A stretch of 62,180 nucleotides of DNA, from NCBI GenBank assembly GCA_902510025.1, contig CABWZX010000003.1, forward strand, positions 1-62,180, read 5' to 3'. Shown here in pieces: positions 41,586 through 55,334 of this stretch (the first letter of the stretch is position 1; every line of letters begins with the position of its first letter). The stretch comes from an uncultured Pelagibacteraceae bacterium (lineage in GTDB: Bacteria; Pseudomonadota; Alphaproteobacteria; Pelagibacterales; AG-422-B15). The notes below the pieces were generated by a model that ran no database searches, was not told the origin of the DNA, and saw only the letters and a list, made by a program, of their open reading frames with translations. The position numbers and the translations under genes were made by a program.

Positions 41586-41699
41586 TCACCCCTTAAGCTT
41601 CATTAGGCAGTGATGTTTAGTGGGACTTATCTTGAGATATTTTTAGAAATAAAGAAACATTTGTTTTCTTTATTTTTTGTAAATATAAAGACTATCTCG

Positions 41700-41784
41700 G
41701 GAGGGGTGCCCGAGTGGTTAAAGGGGACGGGCTGTAAACCCGTTAGCTATGCTTACGTTGGTTCGAATCCAACCCCCTCCACCA
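41700..41784 (+). tRNA. tRNA-Tyr(GUA)
   Basis: GGAGGGG/CCCCTCC acceptor, CT-GTA-AA loop, long variable arm, CCA. Confidence 0.97.
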
Positions 41785-41818
41785 CGAAAAGGTACCTTAA
41801 GGTAGCTTGAAGGAGTAA

Positions 41819-41892
41819 GCGGGTGTAGCTTAGTGGTAAAGCTCCAGCCTTCCAAGCTGATTACGAGGGTTCGATTCCCTTCACCCGCTCCA
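41819..41892 (+). tRNA. tRNA-Gly(UCC)
   Basis: GCGGGTG/CACCCGC acceptor, CT-TCC-AA loop, CCA. Confidence 0.97.
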
Positions 41893-41934
41893 AAATTAAA
41901 TAACTTTGTTTTTAAATTGAGAGGAACAAACAAA

Positions 41935-43125
41935 ATGGCTAAAGAAAAATTCGATCGAAGTAAACCACACTGTAACGTTGGAACTATCGGTCACGTGGAT
42001 CATGGTAAAACTACTTTGACTGCGGCAATTACAAAAGTATTATCTGAAACAGGTGGAGCTGAATTTACAGCTTATGATTCTATCGATAAGGCACCAGAAG
42101 AAAAAGAACGTGGGATTACAATTTCTACAGCTCACGTTGAATATACAACTGATGCAAGGCACTATGCTCACGTTGACTGTCCTGGTCACGCGGACTATGT
42201 AAAAAATATGATTACTGGAGCAGCTCAAATGGATGGAGCTATTCTTGTTGTTAATGCCGCTGATGGTCCAATGCCTCAAACAAGAGAGCATATCCTTCTT
42301 GCTCGTCAAGTTGGCGTTCCTGCAATTGTTGTTTATTTAAACAAAGTTGATCAAGTTGATGACGCTGAGTTGCTTGAATTAGTTGAAGTGGAAATCAGAG
42401 ACATATTAAATGAATATGAATTTCCTGGAGACACAACTCCAATCGTAAAAGGATCAGCTCTAGCGGCAGTTGAAGGTAGAGATGATGAAATGGGAAAGAA
42501 TTCAATCAATGAGTTAATGAAGGCTGTAGACGAACATATTCCTCAACCTGAAAGAGATAAGGATAAGCCATTCCTTATGCCTATTGAGGACGTTTTCTCA
42601 ATTTCTGGTCGTGGTACAGTTTGCACTGGAAGAGTTGAAAGCGGAGTTGTTAAAGTTGGAGAAGAACTTGAGATCGTAGGTATCAAGGATACTCAAAAAA
42701 CGACTTGTACTGGAGTAGAGATGTTCAGAAAGCTTCTTGATACAGGAGAAGCAGGAGACAATATTGGAGCTCTTCTAAGGGGAGTTGAGAGAGATCAAGT
42801 TGAGAGAGGCCAAGTGCTTGCTCACCCTGGATCTATTACTCCTCATACTAAATTTAAATGTGAAGCTTATGTTTTAAAGAAAGAAGAAGGCGGACGTCAT
42901 ACACCTTTCTTTACAAATTATAGACCTCAGTTTTATTTCAGAACAACTGATGTAACTGGTGTGTGTCAGCTTCCTGAAGGAACAGAGATGGTTATGCCTG
43001 GTGACAACATTGCGATGGAAGTTGAATTAATAGCTCCAATTGCAATGGACAAAGGAGTTCGTTTTGCGATTAGAGAAGGTGGTCGTACAGTGGGTTCTGG
43101 AGTAGTAACAGACATTATCTCATAA
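41935..43125 (+). CDS. tuf: elongation factor Tu
   Basis: [23 protein letters not shown]; GAGG RBS; start corrected. Confidence 0.99.
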   Translation: MAKEKFDRSKPHCNVGTIGHVDHGKTTLTAAITKVLSETGGAEFTAYDSIDKAPEEKERGITISTAHVEYTTDARHYAHVDCPGHADYVKNMITGAAQMDGAILVVNAADGPMPQTREHILLARQVGVPAIVVYLNKVDQVDDAELLELVEVEIRDILNEYEFPGDTTPIVKGSALAAVEGRDDEMGKNSINELMKAVDEHIPQPERDKDKPFLMPIEDVFSISGRGTVCTGRVESGVVKVGEELEIVGIKDTQKTTCTGVEMFRKLLDTGEAGDNIGALLRGVERDQVERGQVLAHPGSITPHTKFKCEAYVLKKEEGGRHTPFFTNYRPQFYFRTTDVTGVCQLPEGTEMVMPGDNIAMEVELIAPIAMDKGVRFAIREGGRTVGSGVVTDIIS

Positions 43126-43129
43126 CTGG

Positions 43130-43205
43130 AGGAGTGTAGCTCAACTGGTAGAGCACCGGTCTCCAAAACCGGGGGTTGGGGGTTCGAGTCCCTTCGCTCC
43201 TGCCA
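43130..43205 (+). tRNA. tRNA-Trp(CCA)
   Basis: AGGAGTG/CGCTCCT acceptor, CT-CCA-AA loop, CCA. Confidence 0.97.
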
Positions 43206-43220
43206 TTTAGGTGAAAAACT

Positions 43221-43409
43221 ATGAAACCATTTAAGTTTATTCAAGAAGTGAGAAGAGAAGGAGCCAAAGTAACTTGGCCAACTTCTAGAGAAACCTTTAC
43301 GGGCTCAATTATGGTTGTAATTATGACAATTATTGCTGCTATTTTTTTTCTGATTATTGATCAAATTTTTAGTTTTGGCTTAGATAAATTAATAGGATTA
43401 GCAACATAA
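43221..43409 (+). CDS. secE: preprotein translocase SecE
   Basis: E..KVTWP plus TM helix; conserved position. Confidence 0.95.
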   Translation: MKPFKFIQEVRREGAKVTWPTSRETFTGSIMVVIMTIIAAIFFLIIDQIFSFGLDKLIGLAT

Positions 43410-43943
43410 ATGTCACATAAGTGGTACATAGTTCATGCATATTCAGGCTTTGAAAAGAAGGTTGCCGCTACAATAATTGAACAGGCAAAGTCTAAGAGTA
43501 TTGATTCAAGTTTTAGTGAAGTAATTGTTCCCACTGAAGAAGTGATAGAGGTAAAAAAAGGAAAAAAAAGAAATTCTGAAAGAAAATTTTTTCCTGGATA
43601 TGTTTTAGCAAAAATGGAAATGAATGATCAAACCTATCATATGGTTAAAAGCTTGCCAAAAGTAAGTGGGTTTTTAGGCCACACGCAGGGAAAACCTTCG
43701 CCAGTATCTGAAACTGAGATAAATAAAATTTTACAAGATATCGAAGATGGTGTAGCTAAACCAAAGCCATCAATTACTTTTGAGATAGGAGAGCAAATAA
43801 GGGTAAGCGACGGTCCATTTGCATCATTTAATGGTTTAATAGAAGAGATAGACGAAGAGAGGTCGCGGATTAAAGTATCTGTATCAATTTTTGGAAGATC
43901 GACACCAGTAGAACTTGAATATACACAAGTGGAGAAAGTGTAA
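43410..43943 (+). CDS. nusG: transcription factor NusG
   Basis: WY..HAYSG.E, FFPGYV, KOW DGPF, IFGRSTP. Confidence 0.98.
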   Translation: MSHKWYIVHAYSGFEKKVAATIIEQAKSKSIDSSFSEVIVPTEEVIEVKKGKKRNSERKFFPGYVLAKMEMNDQTYHMVKSLPKVSGFLGHTQGKPSPVSETEINKILQDIEDGVAKPKPSITFEIGEQIRVSDGPFASFNGLIEEIDEERSRIKVSVSIFGRSTPVELEYTQVEKV

Positions 43944-43946
43944 CTT

Positions 43947-44375
43947 ATGGCAAAAGAAGTAGAAGGTAAATTAAAATTGCAGGTACCTGCAGGCCAAGCG
44001 AATCCATCCCCACCTGTTGGACCCGCATTAGGACAACGGGGTTTGAATATAATGGACTTTTGCAAAGTTTTTAATGATAAAAGCAAAGGAGAACAGCCTG
44101 GAGTAATGCTTCCAGTTGTAGTTACTTATTACACTGATAAGAGCTTCACAATGGAGATCAAATTACCTCCTGCATCATTTTTCATAAAAGAGGCTTTAAA
44201 AATTAAAAAAGGATCTAAAGAGCCAGGGCGAGATATTATTTCTTCTATATCTATGAGCCAGTGTAAAGATATTGCTGAGAAGAAACTAAAAGATCTGAAT
44301 GCCAACACTGTAGAACAAGGTTTAAAAATTATTGTAGGTTCAGCTCGATCTATGGGAATTGAGGTAACAAAATAA
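43947..44375 (+). CDS. rplK: 50S ribosomal protein L11
   Basis: [17 protein letters not shown]. Confidence 0.98.
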   Translation: MAKEVEGKLKLQVPAGQANPSPPVGPALGQRGLNIMDFCKVFNDKSKGEQPGVMLPVVVTYYTDKSFTMEIKLPPASFFIKEALKIKKGSKEPGRDIISSISMSQCKDIAEKKLKDLNANTVEQGLKIIVGSARSMGIEVTK

Positions 44376-44376
44376 A

Positions 44377-45060
44377 ATGAATAAGAGATTAAAGAAGATT
44401 TTTAGTGAAAATGATTTTGAAAAAAAATTTAATATCGATGAAGCTATAGAACTAGCAATAAATGCTGCTACGACTAAATTTGATGAAACAATTGATATCT
44501 GCGTGAATTTAAATATTGATCCTAAAAATGGAGAACAAAATGTTCGAGGTACAATAAAATTGCCAAAAAGTTTAGGTAAAAAAGTCAGAGTTTGTGTTTT
44601 CTCTAAAGAAGATAAACATCAAGAAGCAAAAGATGCAGGAGCAGATATTGTTGGGGGCGATGAACTGATAGAAAAAGTTGAAGGTGGTTTTACCGATTTT
44701 GATCGATGTATCTCTACTCCAGATATGATGTCAAAAGTTGGAAAATTAGGAAAGGTTCTAGGTCCACGCAGTTTGATGCCAAACCCAAAATTAGGGAGCG
44801 TGACGAATGATCTAAAGAAAGCAGTAGAAGATGCGAAAGCAGGAGAAATTGAATATAAAAATAGTGACACTCTAGTTCAAGCTGGTGTTGGAAAATCAAG
44901 TTTTGATAAAGAAGAAATTAAAAAGAATATTATTTTTTTTGTTGAAAAAATTTCTAAAGATAGACCTTCTGGAATCAAGGGTGATTTTATTAAAACAATA
45001 TTTATAAGTTCAACCATGGGTCCAGGAATTAATGTTGATTTAGGATCAATTGGAAATTAA
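44377..45060 (+). CDS. rplA: 50S ribosomal protein L1
   Basis: KFDET, LGPRSLMPNPKLG, SSTMGPG. Confidence 0.97.
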   Translation: MNKRLKKIFSENDFEKKFNIDEAIELAINAATTKFDETIDICVNLNIDPKNGEQNVRGTIKLPKSLGKKVRVCVFSKEDKHQEAKDAGADIVGGDELIEKVEGGFTDFDRCISTPDMMSKVGKLGKVLGPRSLMPNPKLGSVTNDLKKAVEDAKAGEIEYKNSDTLVQAGVGKSSFDKEEIKKNIIFFVEKISKDRPSGIKGDFIKTIFISSTMGPGINVDLGSIGN

Positions 45061-45065
45061 AAGCT

Positions 45066-45572
45066 ATGAAGAGAGAAGAAAAAAAGAATTTTGTAGAAAA
45101 CCTAAAGACTACTTTAAGTGAAAATAGCCTTGTATTGGTCTTTCATTATCGTGGTATGTCTATGACTGATATGACTGATTTAAGAGTGCAATCATTTAAT
45201 GCGGGTTGCAACATCAAAGTAACAAAGAATAGATTAACTAAGTTAGCATTAGCAGACACTGAAAAATCAGAGTTAGCGAGTTTCTTTGATGGTCCTACTG
45301 CAATAGCATATTCAAATGATCCTGTAGAATTAACTAAATTACTTTCAAATTTTGCGAAAAATAACAGTAACTTAGTTATTCTAGGCGGAATAATGAATAA
45401 TGAAATTTTAAGTGTTGAAAAAATTGAAATTTTATCTAAATTGCCATCTCTCGAAGAAGCAAGGGCACAATTGATAGGATTATTACAGACACCGGCGCAA
45501 AGAATTGCAACTATTTTGAATGCGCCATCAGGTGATCTAGCTAGAGTATTTAATGCTTATGGATCAAAGTAA
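45066..45572 (+). CDS. rplJ: 50S ribosomal protein L10
   Basis: HYRG, KNRL, GPTAIA, LPSLEE. Confidence 0.95.
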   Translation: MKREEKKNFVENLKTTLSENSLVLVFHYRGMSMTDMTDLRVQSFNAGCNIKVTKNRLTKLALADTEKSELASFFDGPTAIAYSNDPVELTKLLSNFAKNNSNLVILGGIMNNEILSVEKIEILSKLPSLEEARAQLIGLLQTPAQRIATILNAPSGDLARVFNAYGSK

Positions 45573-45595
45573 TTTAATTATGAAAGGGAAATAAT

Positions 45596-45973
45596 ATGGC
45601 TGACCTCCAACAAATCGTAGATAATCTTTCTGACTTAACAGTCATTGAGGCTGCGGAATTATCAAAAATGTTAGAAGAAAAGTGGGGAGTTAGCGCTGCT
45701 GCTCCTGTTGCTGCAGCTGCAGCTGGCGTTGCGCCTGCTGGTGAAGCTGCCGCTGAAGAAAAAGATGAATTTACAATCGTTCTAGCTGCTGCAGGAGATA
45801 AGAAGATTAATGTTATTAAGGAAGTAAGAACAATTACTGGACTTGGGTTAAAAGAAGCAAAAGATCTTGTTGAAGGAGCTCCAAAAGAATTGAAGACTGG
45901 AGTTTCGAAAGATGATGCTAATAGTTTCAAGGAAAAGCTTGAAGCTGCTGGTGCAACAGTAGAACTTAAATAA
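45596..45973 (+). CDS. rplL: 50S ribosomal protein L7/L12
   Basis: Ala-rich hinge, [16 protein letters not shown]. Confidence 0.98.
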   Translation: MADLQQIVDNLSDLTVIEAAELSKMLEEKWGVSAAAPVAAAAAGVAPAGEAAAEEKDEFTIVLAAAGDKKINVIKEVRTITGLGLKEAKDLVEGAPKELKTGVSKDDANSFKEKLEAAGATVELK

Positions 45974-45995
45974 CAAATATTAGTTTTAATTTTAG

Positions 45996-46018
45996 AGTAG
46001 TTTGTAATGCAAACTATT
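45996..46018 (+). other. stem-loop in the rplL-rpoB spacer (possible attenuator or processing site)
   Basis: AGTAGTTTGT-AAT-GCAAACTATT with G-U pairs. Confidence 0.4.
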
Positions 46019-46037
46019 ATTGGGTGAGTTTACATTA

Positions 46038-49000
46038 ATGGTTAATACGTTATCTTTTACTGAACGAAAGAGAGTTCGTAAAAATTTTGGGAAACTAAAA
46101 GAAGTATCTACTTTCCCTAATCTGATTGAAATTCAGAAAAATTCCTACAATGAGTTTTTGCTAGAGGAATATAATCCTTCAGATAGACCTGATAGGGGTC
46201 TTGAGAAAGTGTTTAAAAGTGTTTTTCCTCTCGAAGACTTTTCTGGTTCAGCGCGTATTGAATATATGGAATATGATTTTCAGGAACCAAAATTTGATGT
46301 AGATGAATGTAGACAAAGAGATAAGACATATGCTGCTCCACTTAATGTAAAACTTAGGTTAATTGTCTTTGATATTGATGAGGAAACAGAATCTAGGACA
46401 GTTAAGGATATTAAAGAACAAGAGATATATTTATGTGATCTACCCTTAATGACTCAAAAAGGTACATTTATTACGAATGGAACTGAACGAGTAGTAGTAA
46501 GTCAAATGCATAGAAGTCCAGGCGTTTTCTTCGATCATGATAATGGGAAGACGCATTCAAGTGGGAAATTATTATTTGGAGCAAGAGTAATACCATATAG
46601 AGGATCATGGCTAGATATAGAATTTGATCATAAAGACATTCTTCATTGTAGAATCGATAGAAAAAAGAAAATTCCTGTAACAACTTTTTTAATGGCTATG
46701 GGGGTAAATAGAGATGATATTCTAGGTTTATTTTATAAAACAGAAAGCTATTCATTTGTTTCAAAAGATAAGAAGTGGAAAATACCTTTTAATCCAAAGA
46801 ATATAAAAACAGGGAAATTGCAAAAAAACTTAATTAATGCAGCAAGCAATAAAATAGCAATCAAACAGGGAACAAAGATTAATCCTGCAATAGCAAATAA
46901 ATTATTTAATGATGGATTAAAAAATATTTTAGTTGATGACGATGATTTGATAGGCCGTTTTGTTTCTGAAGATATTATTAATGAAAAAACTGGTGAAATT
47001 TATCTTGAGGCTTCTGATGAGATTACACTAGAATCTATTGAAAAGTTAAAAGAAGTGAAAGTTACAAAGATACCTATTCTTGAAATTGATGGAATAAATG
47101 TAGGTTCTTTTATTAGAGACACATTAAGAATTGATAAAAACTTTTCACCTGATGAAGCGGTTGTTGAAATATATAAAGTTTTAAGACCTGGTGAACCACC
47201 CAATATTGAAGCAGCATTTGAAGTTTTTAATTCATTATTTTTTAAATCAGAAAAATATGATCTTTCTGATGTTGGACGTGTCAAGATGAATTATAGGTTA
47301 AAATTGAAATGTTCAGATTCTATAACTGTTTTAAGAAGTGAAGATGTTATTTCAGTCATCAAAACTGTCACTGATTTAAGAACAGGAAAAGGAGAAGTAG
47401 ATGACATCGACCACCTTGGAAATAGAAGGGTTAGATCTGTTGGAGAACTAGTAGAAAATCAGTTTAGGATGGGTCTTATAAGAATGGAAAGATCTATTAA
47501 AGAAAGAATGAATTCTCTTGAAGTGGATGCTGCAACTCCGCAAGACATAATTAATGCTAAACCTCTAGTTGCTGCTCTTAAGGAATTTTTCGGAACATCA
47601 CAATTATCTCAGTTTATGGACCAGACAAATCCTTTAGCAGAAATTACTCATAAAAGAAGATTGTCTGCTTTAGGGCCTGGTGGGCTAAGCAGAGAAAGAG
47701 CAGGTTTTGAAGTACGTGATGTGCATCCAACTCATTATGGAAGAATTTGTCCAATTGAAACCCCTGAAGGTCCAAATATTGGGCTCATAAATAGTCTTGC
47801 TTCACATGCAAGGGTTAATAAATACGGCTTCATCGAGAGTCCATATAGAAAAGTTGTGAGTGGAAAAGTTTCTAATCAGGTTGAATATCTACCAGCTATG
47901 GAAGAGTCTAATTTTACAATAGCTCAAGCAAATAGTGAGTTAGACGAAAAAAATTGTTTTGCTACCAAATTAGTTTCATGTAGGAAGAATGGTGATTTTG
48001 TTATGACAACACCTGATGAGATAGAATATATGGATGTATCTCCTAAACAGGTTGTTTCTTGTGCTGCTTCATTAATTCCTTTTTTGGAAAATGATGATGC
48101 TAACAGAGCTTTAATGGGTTCAAACATGATGAGACAGGCAGTTCCACTAATCCAAGCTGAGTCTCCATTAGTTGGCACAGGCGTTGAGAAAACAGTAGCA
48201 GTTGATTCAGGGGTCACTATTGTGGCGAATAGAGATGGCATAGTTGATAAAATTGATGGAAAAAGGATTGTTGTAAGAGTTACTGAAAATATAAGTACAA
48301 CAGAATCTGGTGTAGATATTTACACTTTGCAAAAATTTCAAAGATCAAATCAGAGTACTTGTATTAACCAACGACCGCTGGTTAAAGTTGGAGATCAAGT
48401 TTCAAAAGGAGATATTATTGCCGATGGGCCTTCTACTCATTTTGGAGAATTAGGTTTAGGCAGAAATGTTGTGGTAGCATTCATGCCTTGGCGTGGATAT
48501 AATTTTGAGGATTCTATTTTAATTTCTGAAAAAATTGTGCAAGAAGATAAGTTTACTTCAATTCATATTGAAGAATTTGAAGTGATGTCTAGAGATACGA
48601 AATTAGGAACTGAAGAAATTACTAGAGACATTCCTAACGCAGGAGACGAAGTGCTTAGAAACTTAGATGAGGCTGGAATTGTTTATGTAGGCGCTGATGT
48701 TAATCCAGGAGATATCTTGGTGGGCAAAGTGACTCCAAAAGGAGAAAGTCCAGTTACACCTGAGGAAAAATTATTGAGAGCTATTTTTGGAGAAAAAGCA
48801 ACCGATGTTAAAGACACTTCTCTTAAGTTACCTCCTGGATCTAGCGGTACTATTGTAGATGTGAAGGTTTTCAATAGATACGGTATAGAGAAAGATGATA
48901 GAGCATTATCAATTGAAAGAGATGAGATTGAGAAATTAGCTAATGATAGAGAGGCAGAACTAGGAATATTAAATAGAAATATCAAAGAACGACTAATAAA

Positions 49001-50141
49001 ATTAATTGAAAAAAGGAATATTTCTGATGTTCCAAGTGATGTAAATAAAAATAAGACTTTTGAAAAAAATGAATTAAATGAAATTAAACTTGATAGTCTA
49101 TGGAAATTTAATTTAGAAATTGAAAAAGATCAAAATGAAATAAATGCCTTGAAGAAACAATATGACGTTGCCAGATCTGCAATCCAATCTAGGTTTGATA
49201 ATAAAGTAGATAAAGTCCAAAGAGGAGACGAGCTTCTTCCTGGAGTTATGAAAATGGTTAAAGTTTTTGTTGCAGTGAAAAGAAAGCTTCAACCAGGAGA
49301 TAAAATGGCTGGTAGACACGGAAATAAAGGAGTAATAAGTAAAATAGCGCCTGTTGAAGATATGCCTTATCTTAATGACGGAAGAACAGTTGATATTGTT
49401 TTAAACCCACTTGGAGTTCCTAGTCGAATGAATGTTGGCCAAATTCTTGAAACACATCTTGGATGGGCATGTGCAGGTATAGGTGAGATTATTAATAAGT
49501 CTTTAGCTAAATATAACCAAAGTAAAGACTTCGATTGTGTCACAGAATCGCTTGAAAAAGTTTACGGAGCAGAGCAATTTAAAAATGAAATTTCTTTGCT
49601 TTCCAAAGCAGATCAAGTGGAGTTGGCTAAAAATATTTCAAATGGCATTCCAATTAAAACACCAGTATTTGATGGAGCGACCGAATCAGAAATTACTAAG
49701 ATGTTAGGAGAAGCTGGGTTTGATAAGAGTGGGCAAACAGAGCTTTGGGATGGATTAACTGGTGAAAAGTTTGAGAGAAAAGTCACAGTTGGATACATAT
49801 ATATGCTTAAGCTTCACCATCTAGTTGATGACAAGATTCATGCGAGATCAATAGGACCTTATAGTTTAGTTACACAGCAACCTTTAGGTGGAAAGGCACA
49901 GTTTGGAGGTCAAAGATTTGGAGAGATGGAAGTTTGGGCATTAGAAGCTTATGGTGCAGCATATACTCTGCAAGAAATTTTAACTGTTAAATCTGATGAT
50001 GTTGCCGGAAGAACCAAAGTCTATGAAACAATTATCAGGGGTGAAGATGTATTTCAGTCAGGGACACCAGAGTCATTCAATGTTTTGATTAAAGAAATTA
50101 GGTCTTTAGGTCTGAATATAGAACTCTCTAATATTAATTAG
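46038..50141 (+). CDS. rpoB: RNA polymerase beta subunit
   Basis: [39 protein letters not shown]; start corrected to ATG 46038. Confidence 0.99.
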   Translation: MVNTLSFTERKRVRKNFGKLKEVSTFPNLIEIQKNSYNEFLLEEYNPSDRPDRGLEKVFKSVFPLEDFSGSARIEYMEYDFQEPKFDVDECRQRDKTYAAPLNVKLRLIVFDIDEETESRTVKDIKEQEIYLCDLPLMTQKGTFITNGTERVVVSQMHRSPGVFFDHDNGKTHSSGKLLFGARVIPYRGSWLDIEFDHKDILHCRIDRKKKIPVTTFLMAMGVNRDDILGLFYKTESYSFVSKDKKWKIPFNPKNIKTGKLQKNLINAASNKIAIKQGTKINPAIANKLFNDGLKNILVDDDDLIGRFVSEDIINEKTGEIYLEASDEITLESIEKLKEVKVTKIPILEIDGINVGSFIRDTLRIDKNFSPDEAVVEIYKVLRPGEPPNIEAAFEVFNSLFFKSEKYDLSDVGRVKMNYRLKLKCSDSITVLRSEDVISVIKTVTDLRTGKGEVDDIDHLGNRRVRSVGELVENQFRMGLIRMERSIKERMNSLEVDAATPQDIINAKPLVAALKEFFGTSQLSQFMDQTNPLAEITHKRRLSALGPGGLSRERAGFEVRDVHPTHYGRICPIETPEGPNIGLINSLASHARVNKYGFIESPYRKVVSGKVSNQVEYLPAMEESNFTIAQANSELDEKNCFATKLVSCRKNGDFVMTTPDEIEYMDVSPKQVVSCAASLIPFLENDDANRALMGSNMMRQAVPLIQAESPLVGTGVEKTVAVDSGVTIVANRDGIVDKIDGKRIVVRVTENISTTESGVDIYTLQKFQRSNQSTCINQRPLVKVGDQVSKGDIIADGPSTHFGELGLGRNVVVAFMPWRGYNFEDSILISEKIVQEDKFTSIHIEEFEVMSRDTKLGTEEITRDIPNAGDEVLRNLDEAGIVYVGADVNPGDILVGKVTPKGESPVTPEEKLLRAIFGEKATDVKDTSLKLPPGSSGTIVDVKVFNRYGIEKDDRALSIERDEIEKLANDREAELGILNRNIKERLIKLIEKRNISDVPSDVNKNKTFEKNELNEIKLDSLWKFNLEIEKDQNEINALKKQYDVARSAIQSRFDNKVDKVQRGDELLPGVMKMVKVFVAVKRKLQPGDKMAGRHGNKGVISKIAPVEDMPYLNDGRTVDIVLNPLGVPSRMNVGQILETHLGWACAGIGEIINKSLAKYNQSKDFDCVTESLEKVYGAEQFKNEISLLSKADQVELAKNISNGIPIKTPVFDGATESEITKMLGEAGFDKSGQTELWDGLTGEKFERKVTVGYIYMLKLHHLVDDKIHARSIGPYSLVTQQPLGGKAQFGGQRFGEMEVWALEAYGAAYTLQEILTVKSDDVAGRTKVYETIIRGEDVFQSGTPESFNVLIKEIRSLGLNIELSNIN

Positions 50142-50151
50142 GAAAATAATT

Positions 50152-53100
50152 ATGAGTCAATCTTTAATGAATATATTTAATCCTGCGGCATCAAGAGATG
50201 ACTTTAATCAGGTAAAGATTTCAATTGCTAGTCCTGAAAGAATTTTATCATGGTCTTATGGCGAAATAAAAAAACCTGAAACAATTAATTATAGGACATT
50301 TAAACCAGAAAGAGATGGCTTGTTCTGTGCAAGAATATTTGGACCAATTAAAGATTACGAGTGCTTGTGCGGTAAATATAAGAGAATGAAGTTTAAAGGC
50401 ATTATATGTGAGAAATGTGGAGTAGAAGTAACTAAAAAAGATGTAAGAAGGGAAAGAATGGGACATATCCAATTAGCTGCCCCAGTTGCCCATATTTGGT
50501 TTCTTAAATCTTTGCCAAGCCGAATTTCATTAATGATGGATATGAAACTTAAGGATTTGGAAAAAGTTTTATATTTTGAAAAATTCATGGTTACAGAGCC
50601 AGGGTTAACTCCGCTATTCCAAAACCAATTATTGGATGAAGAAGAATTAGAATCTGCAAAGGAAGAGCATGGAGAAGATTCTTTTTCAGCTGGAATAGGA
50701 GCTGAGGCAGTAAGGAAAGTTTTAGAAAAAATTGACCTTCAGATTGAATTAGAAAATCTAAAGGTAAAATTATCTGAAACTAAAGCTGTAGCACTTTCTG
50801 AGAAGTTAATTAAGAGAATTAAGTTATTTGAAGCATTTATTAATTCTGGAAATAGGCCTGAATGGATGATTTTAACTTCAGTTCCTGTTATTCCACCTGA
50901 ATTACGACCTTTAGTTCCACTTGATGGAGGACGATTTGCATCATCTGATCTAAATGACCTCTATAGAAGAGTTATTAATAGAAATAATCGTCTCTCTCGA
51001 CTAATAGAATTAAGAGCACCTGATATTATTATTAGAAATGAAAAAAGGATGCTACAAGAATCTGTTGATGCTCTTTTTGATAATGGTAGAAGAGGAAGAA
51101 TAATTACAGGAACAAATAAAAGACCTCTGAAGTCTTTAGCGGAAATGTTAAAAGGAAAACAGGGGAGGTTTAGGCAAAATCTCTTGGGTAAAAGAGTTGA
51201 TTATTCAGGAAGATCTGTAATTGTTGTTGGTCCAGAACTTAAACTTCATCAATGTGGTCTTCCTAAGAAGATGGCAATTGAATTATTTAAACCATTTATA
51301 TATGCAAGACTTGAAGCTCTTGGATTAGCTACTACTTTAAAGCAAGCTAAGAAATTAGTTGAGAAGGAAAGGCCCGAGGTATGGGATGTACTTGATAGGG
51401 TGATTAGAGAGCATCCTATTATACTTAATAGAGCTCCTACGCTTCACAGACTTGGTGTTCAGGCCTTTGAACCAATTTTAATTGAAGGTAAAGCAATTCA
51501 ACTCCACCCATTAGTTTGCACTGCATTTAATGCAGATTTTGATGGAGACCAAATGGCAGTACATGTTCCCCTAAGTCTTGAGGCTCAATTAGAAGCAAGG
51601 GTTTTAATGATGTCCACTAATAATATTCTTAACCCTGCGAATGGAAAGCCTGTAATTGTTCCGAGTCAGGATATTGTTTTGGGAATTTATTATTTATCTC
51701 AAGAAAAAGAAAATGAGCCAGGAGAAGGATCAATTTATAAAGATATCAATGAGATCCAACAATCCTTAGAAAATAAAGCAGCAACTGTTCATACAAAAAT
51801 ATCTGTACGTATAGAACTATTTAATGATGAAGGCGTCCTTGAAACAAAAAGAGTAGATACTACTGCAGGTAGGATGCTCATATGGAATTTGCTTCCTAAA
51901 CATCCAGGCTTAAGCTTAAAGCTAGTAAATAGGTTAATTGGGAAAAAAGAGATTTCACAATTGATAGATACTGTTTACAGATATTGTGGTCAGAAAGAAA
52001 CGGTAATTTTTGCTGATCAGATTATGTCGCTTGGTTTTCACTATGCATATAAAGCAGGTATTTCTTTTGGCAAAGATGATATGATTGTCCCTGAAACAAA
52101 AACTCAACTTGTTTCTGAGACAGGAGGTCAGATAGAGAAATATGAAAAACAATATAATGATGGCCTTATAACTAATAGAGAGAAGTATAATAAGGTAATT
52201 GATGCTTGGGCAAAATGTACTGACAGAGTGGCACAAGAGATGATGAAAGAAATTTCATCAAAGAAGATTCATCCAGAAACGAAAAGGGAACAGCCTATTA
52301 ACTCTATTTATATGATGGCCAATTCAGGAGCAAGAGGATCTGCGGCTCAAATGAAACAACTATCAGGTATGAGGGGATTAATGGCCAAGCCATCAGGGGA
52401 TATTATTGAAACACCAATAATTTCAAATTTTAAGGAAGGTTTAAATGTTCTTGAATATTTTAATTCTACTCATGGAGCAAGAAAAGGGTTGGCAGATACT
52501 GCATTAAAAACAGCTAATTCTGGATACTTGACAAGAAGGCTATGTGATGTTGCACAAGATTGCACAATTTCAGAAGAAGATTGTAAAACTGATAAAGGTG
52601 TATGGGTAACGGATGTTGTTGAAGGAGGAGAAGTAATCATCTCTATTGCAGACAGAATATTAGGAAGATTTTTATTGAAGGACATAAATCATCCCTTAGA
52701 AAATAAAAATATTGTTAAAGAAGGGGATTATATTGATGAAATAATAGCTGAAAAGATTCAAGATGCTGGAGTCCAAACTGTCTATATAAGATCCCCATTA
52801 ACATGTGATTCAAGAAAAGGGATATGTGTAAAGTGTTATGGAAGAGATTTGGCTAGAGGTTTCCTAGTTAACCAAGGTGAGGCTGTTGGAATGATTGCCG
52901 CTCAATCAATAGGTGAACCAGGAACTCAGCTTACTATGAGAACTTTTCATATAGGTGGAGCTGCCCAAATAAATGATCAGTCATTCATAGAGATCAATTC
53001 TGAAGGAGTATTTAAAATTTTGAACAAGAATACTGTTGAGGATTCAAATGGAGATCTTATTGTAATGGGAAGAAATTGCCAATTGGCAATTCATGATGAT

Positions 53101-54342
53101 AACGGAAGAGAGCTTGCTAATTATAAGGTACCTTATGGTGCAAGAATTTTGGTTTCTGAAGATGAACAAATAAAAAAAGGAACTAAGATATGTGAATGGG
53201 ATCCATTTACGAATCCAGTTATTTCTGAAAAGTCTGGATTTGCAAATTACGTCGATTTAGAAGAAGGTACATCTTTAATTGAAGAGACTGAGGAAAAAAC
53301 TGGACTAACTTACACAAAGGTTAAGGATTGGAAATCTGATCCAAAAGGGTCTGATTTGAAGCCTAGGATAACGCTAAGAGATGAAAAGAGCGATGTAATA
53401 CTTCTTGCAAATGGTAATGAAGCTAGATATTTCTTACCCCCAGATTCAATTTTATCTGTAACGGACGGTCAAGAAGTTCACGCAGGTGATGTATTAGCAA
53501 GAACTCCAAAAGCAGCATCGAAAACTAAAGATATTACTGGTGGGTTACCTCGTGTTGCTGAATTATTTGAAGCAAGAAAACCAAAAGATCATGCTATCAT
53601 TTCTGAAATTTCTGGAACAATTTCTTTTGGCAAAGATATTAGAGGAAAGCAAAAAGTAATAATTGATCCAGATGATGGGGGATCACAACCCGTCGAAGTA
53701 TTAATACCTAAAGGAAAACACATATCTTATCAAGAAGGTGAAAAAATCGAAAAAGGTGATTATTTACTTGATGGGAATCCAGATCCTCATGATATTTTAC
53801 AAATACTTGGTATTGAAGCATTAGCTGAGTACTTGATCAATGAAGTTCAAGAGGTTTATCGTTTACAGGGAGTTCTTATTAACGACAAACATATTGAGGT
53901 GCTTTGTAGACAAATGCTTCAAAAAGTTCACATAATAGAATCCGGTGATAGTCAACTTGTTGTAGGTGAAGAAATTGATAGATATGAATTTTTAATGATT
54001 AATGATGAACTTAATTCTCAAAATAAGAAACCTGCTGTCTCAAAGCCAGTATTATTAGGGATTACTAAAGCTTCATTGTTAACTAGATCATTTATATCTG
54101 CGGCTTCTTTCCAAGAGACTACTAGAATACTAACTGACGCAGCTATAAAAGGTAAAGCAGATCGGCTCGAAGGGTTAAAAGAGAATGTTATTGTAGGAAG
54201 GTTAATTCCAGCAGGTACAGGAAGAACCTTCAGCCAGATAGAAAATCAGGCAAAAAAACTTGATAAGGAAGCAAAAATAGAGATAGATGCCATTCAAGCA
54301 AAAAAAGACCTAGAATCTGCTGAAATTCAGGAAAAATCATAA
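50152..54342 (+). CDS. rpoC: RNA polymerase beta' subunit
   Basis: Zn finger, [21 protein letters not shown]. Confidence 0.99.
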   Translation: MSQSLMNIFNPAASRDDFNQVKISIASPERILSWSYGEIKKPETINYRTFKPERDGLFCARIFGPIKDYECLCGKYKRMKFKGIICEKCGVEVTKKDVRRERMGHIQLAAPVAHIWFLKSLPSRISLMMDMKLKDLEKVLYFEKFMVTEPGLTPLFQNQLLDEEELESAKEEHGEDSFSAGIGAEAVRKVLEKIDLQIELENLKVKLSETKAVALSEKLIKRIKLFEAFINSGNRPEWMILTSVPVIPPELRPLVPLDGGRFASSDLNDLYRRVINRNNRLSRLIELRAPDIIIRNEKRMLQESVDALFDNGRRGRIITGTNKRPLKSLAEMLKGKQGRFRQNLLGKRVDYSGRSVIVVGPELKLHQCGLPKKMAIELFKPFIYARLEALGLATTLKQAKKLVEKERPEVWDVLDRVIREHPIILNRAPTLHRLGVQAFEPILIEGKAIQLHPLVCTAFNADFDGDQMAVHVPLSLEAQLEARVLMMSTNNILNPANGKPVIVPSQDIVLGIYYLSQEKENEPGEGSIYKDINEIQQSLENKAATVHTKISVRIELFNDEGVLETKRVDTTAGRMLIWNLLPKHPGLSLKLVNRLIGKKEISQLIDTVYRYCGQKETVIFADQIMSLGFHYAYKAGISFGKDDMIVPETKTQLVSETGGQIEKYEKQYNDGLITNREKYNKVIDAWAKCTDRVAQEMMKEISSKKIHPETKREQPINSIYMMANSGARGSAAQMKQLSGMRGLMAKPSGDIIETPIISNFKEGLNVLEYFNSTHGARKGLADTALKTANSGYLTRRLCDVAQDCTISEEDCKTDKGVWVTDVVEGGEVIISIADRILGRFLLKDINHPLENKNIVKEGDYIDEIIAEKIQDAGVQTVYIRSPLTCDSRKGICVKCYGRDLARGFLVNQGEAVGMIAAQSIGEPGTQLTMRTFHIGGAAQINDQSFIEINSEGVFKILNKNTVEDSNGDLIVMGRNCQLAIHDDNGRELANYKVPYGARILVSEDEQIKKGTKICEWDPFTNPVISEKSGFANYVDLEEGTSLIEETEEKTGLTYTKVKDWKSDPKGSDLKPRITLRDEKSDVILLANGNEARYFLPPDSILSVTDGQEVHAGDVLARTPKAASKTKDITGGLPRVAELFEARKPKDHAIISEISGTISFGKDIRGKQKVIIDPDDGGSQPVEVLIPKGKHISYQEGEKIEKGDYLLDGNPDPHDILQILGIEALAEYLINEVQEVYRLQGVLINDKHIEVLCRQMLQKVHIIESGDSQLVVGEEIDRYEFLMINDELNSQNKKPAVSKPVLLGITKASLLTRSFISAASFQETTRILTDAAIKGKADRLEGLKENVIVGRLIPAGTGRTFSQIENQAKKLDKEAKIEIDAIQAKKDLESAEIQEKS

Positions 54343-54351
54343 TAAATTTAG

Positions 54352-54379
54352 TTGACCTTAACTATTGATTAAGTATTAT
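54352..54379 (+). promoter_or_regulatory. putative promoter of the rpsL operon
   Basis: TTGACC-16 nt-TATTAT. Confidence 0.5.
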
Positions 54380-54394
54380 GCGGCATTCTTAAAT

Positions 54395-54429
54395 AGTAGG
54401 CGGTAGAGAAATCTAAACGCTACTTTTTT
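54395..54429 (+). promoter_or_regulatory. structured hairpin plus U-tract upstream of rpsL (leader/attenuator or rpoC terminator)
   Basis: AGTAG-g-CG-g-TAGA-GAAA-TCTA-aa-CG-CTACT followed by TTTTT. Confidence 0.55.
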
Positions 54430-54482
54430 AAAACTTTTTATAAAAACAAATAATTTTTGTTTATTTAATACTGGAGATTTTT

Positions 54483-55330
<848 letters not shown>

Positions 55331-55334
55331 TCAT

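Noticed and set aside
41610-41933. Short ORFs on both strands, and the N-terminal extension of tuf
   Set aside because: They overlap tRNA-Tyr and tRNA-Gly; tuf starts at 41935 with an RBS.
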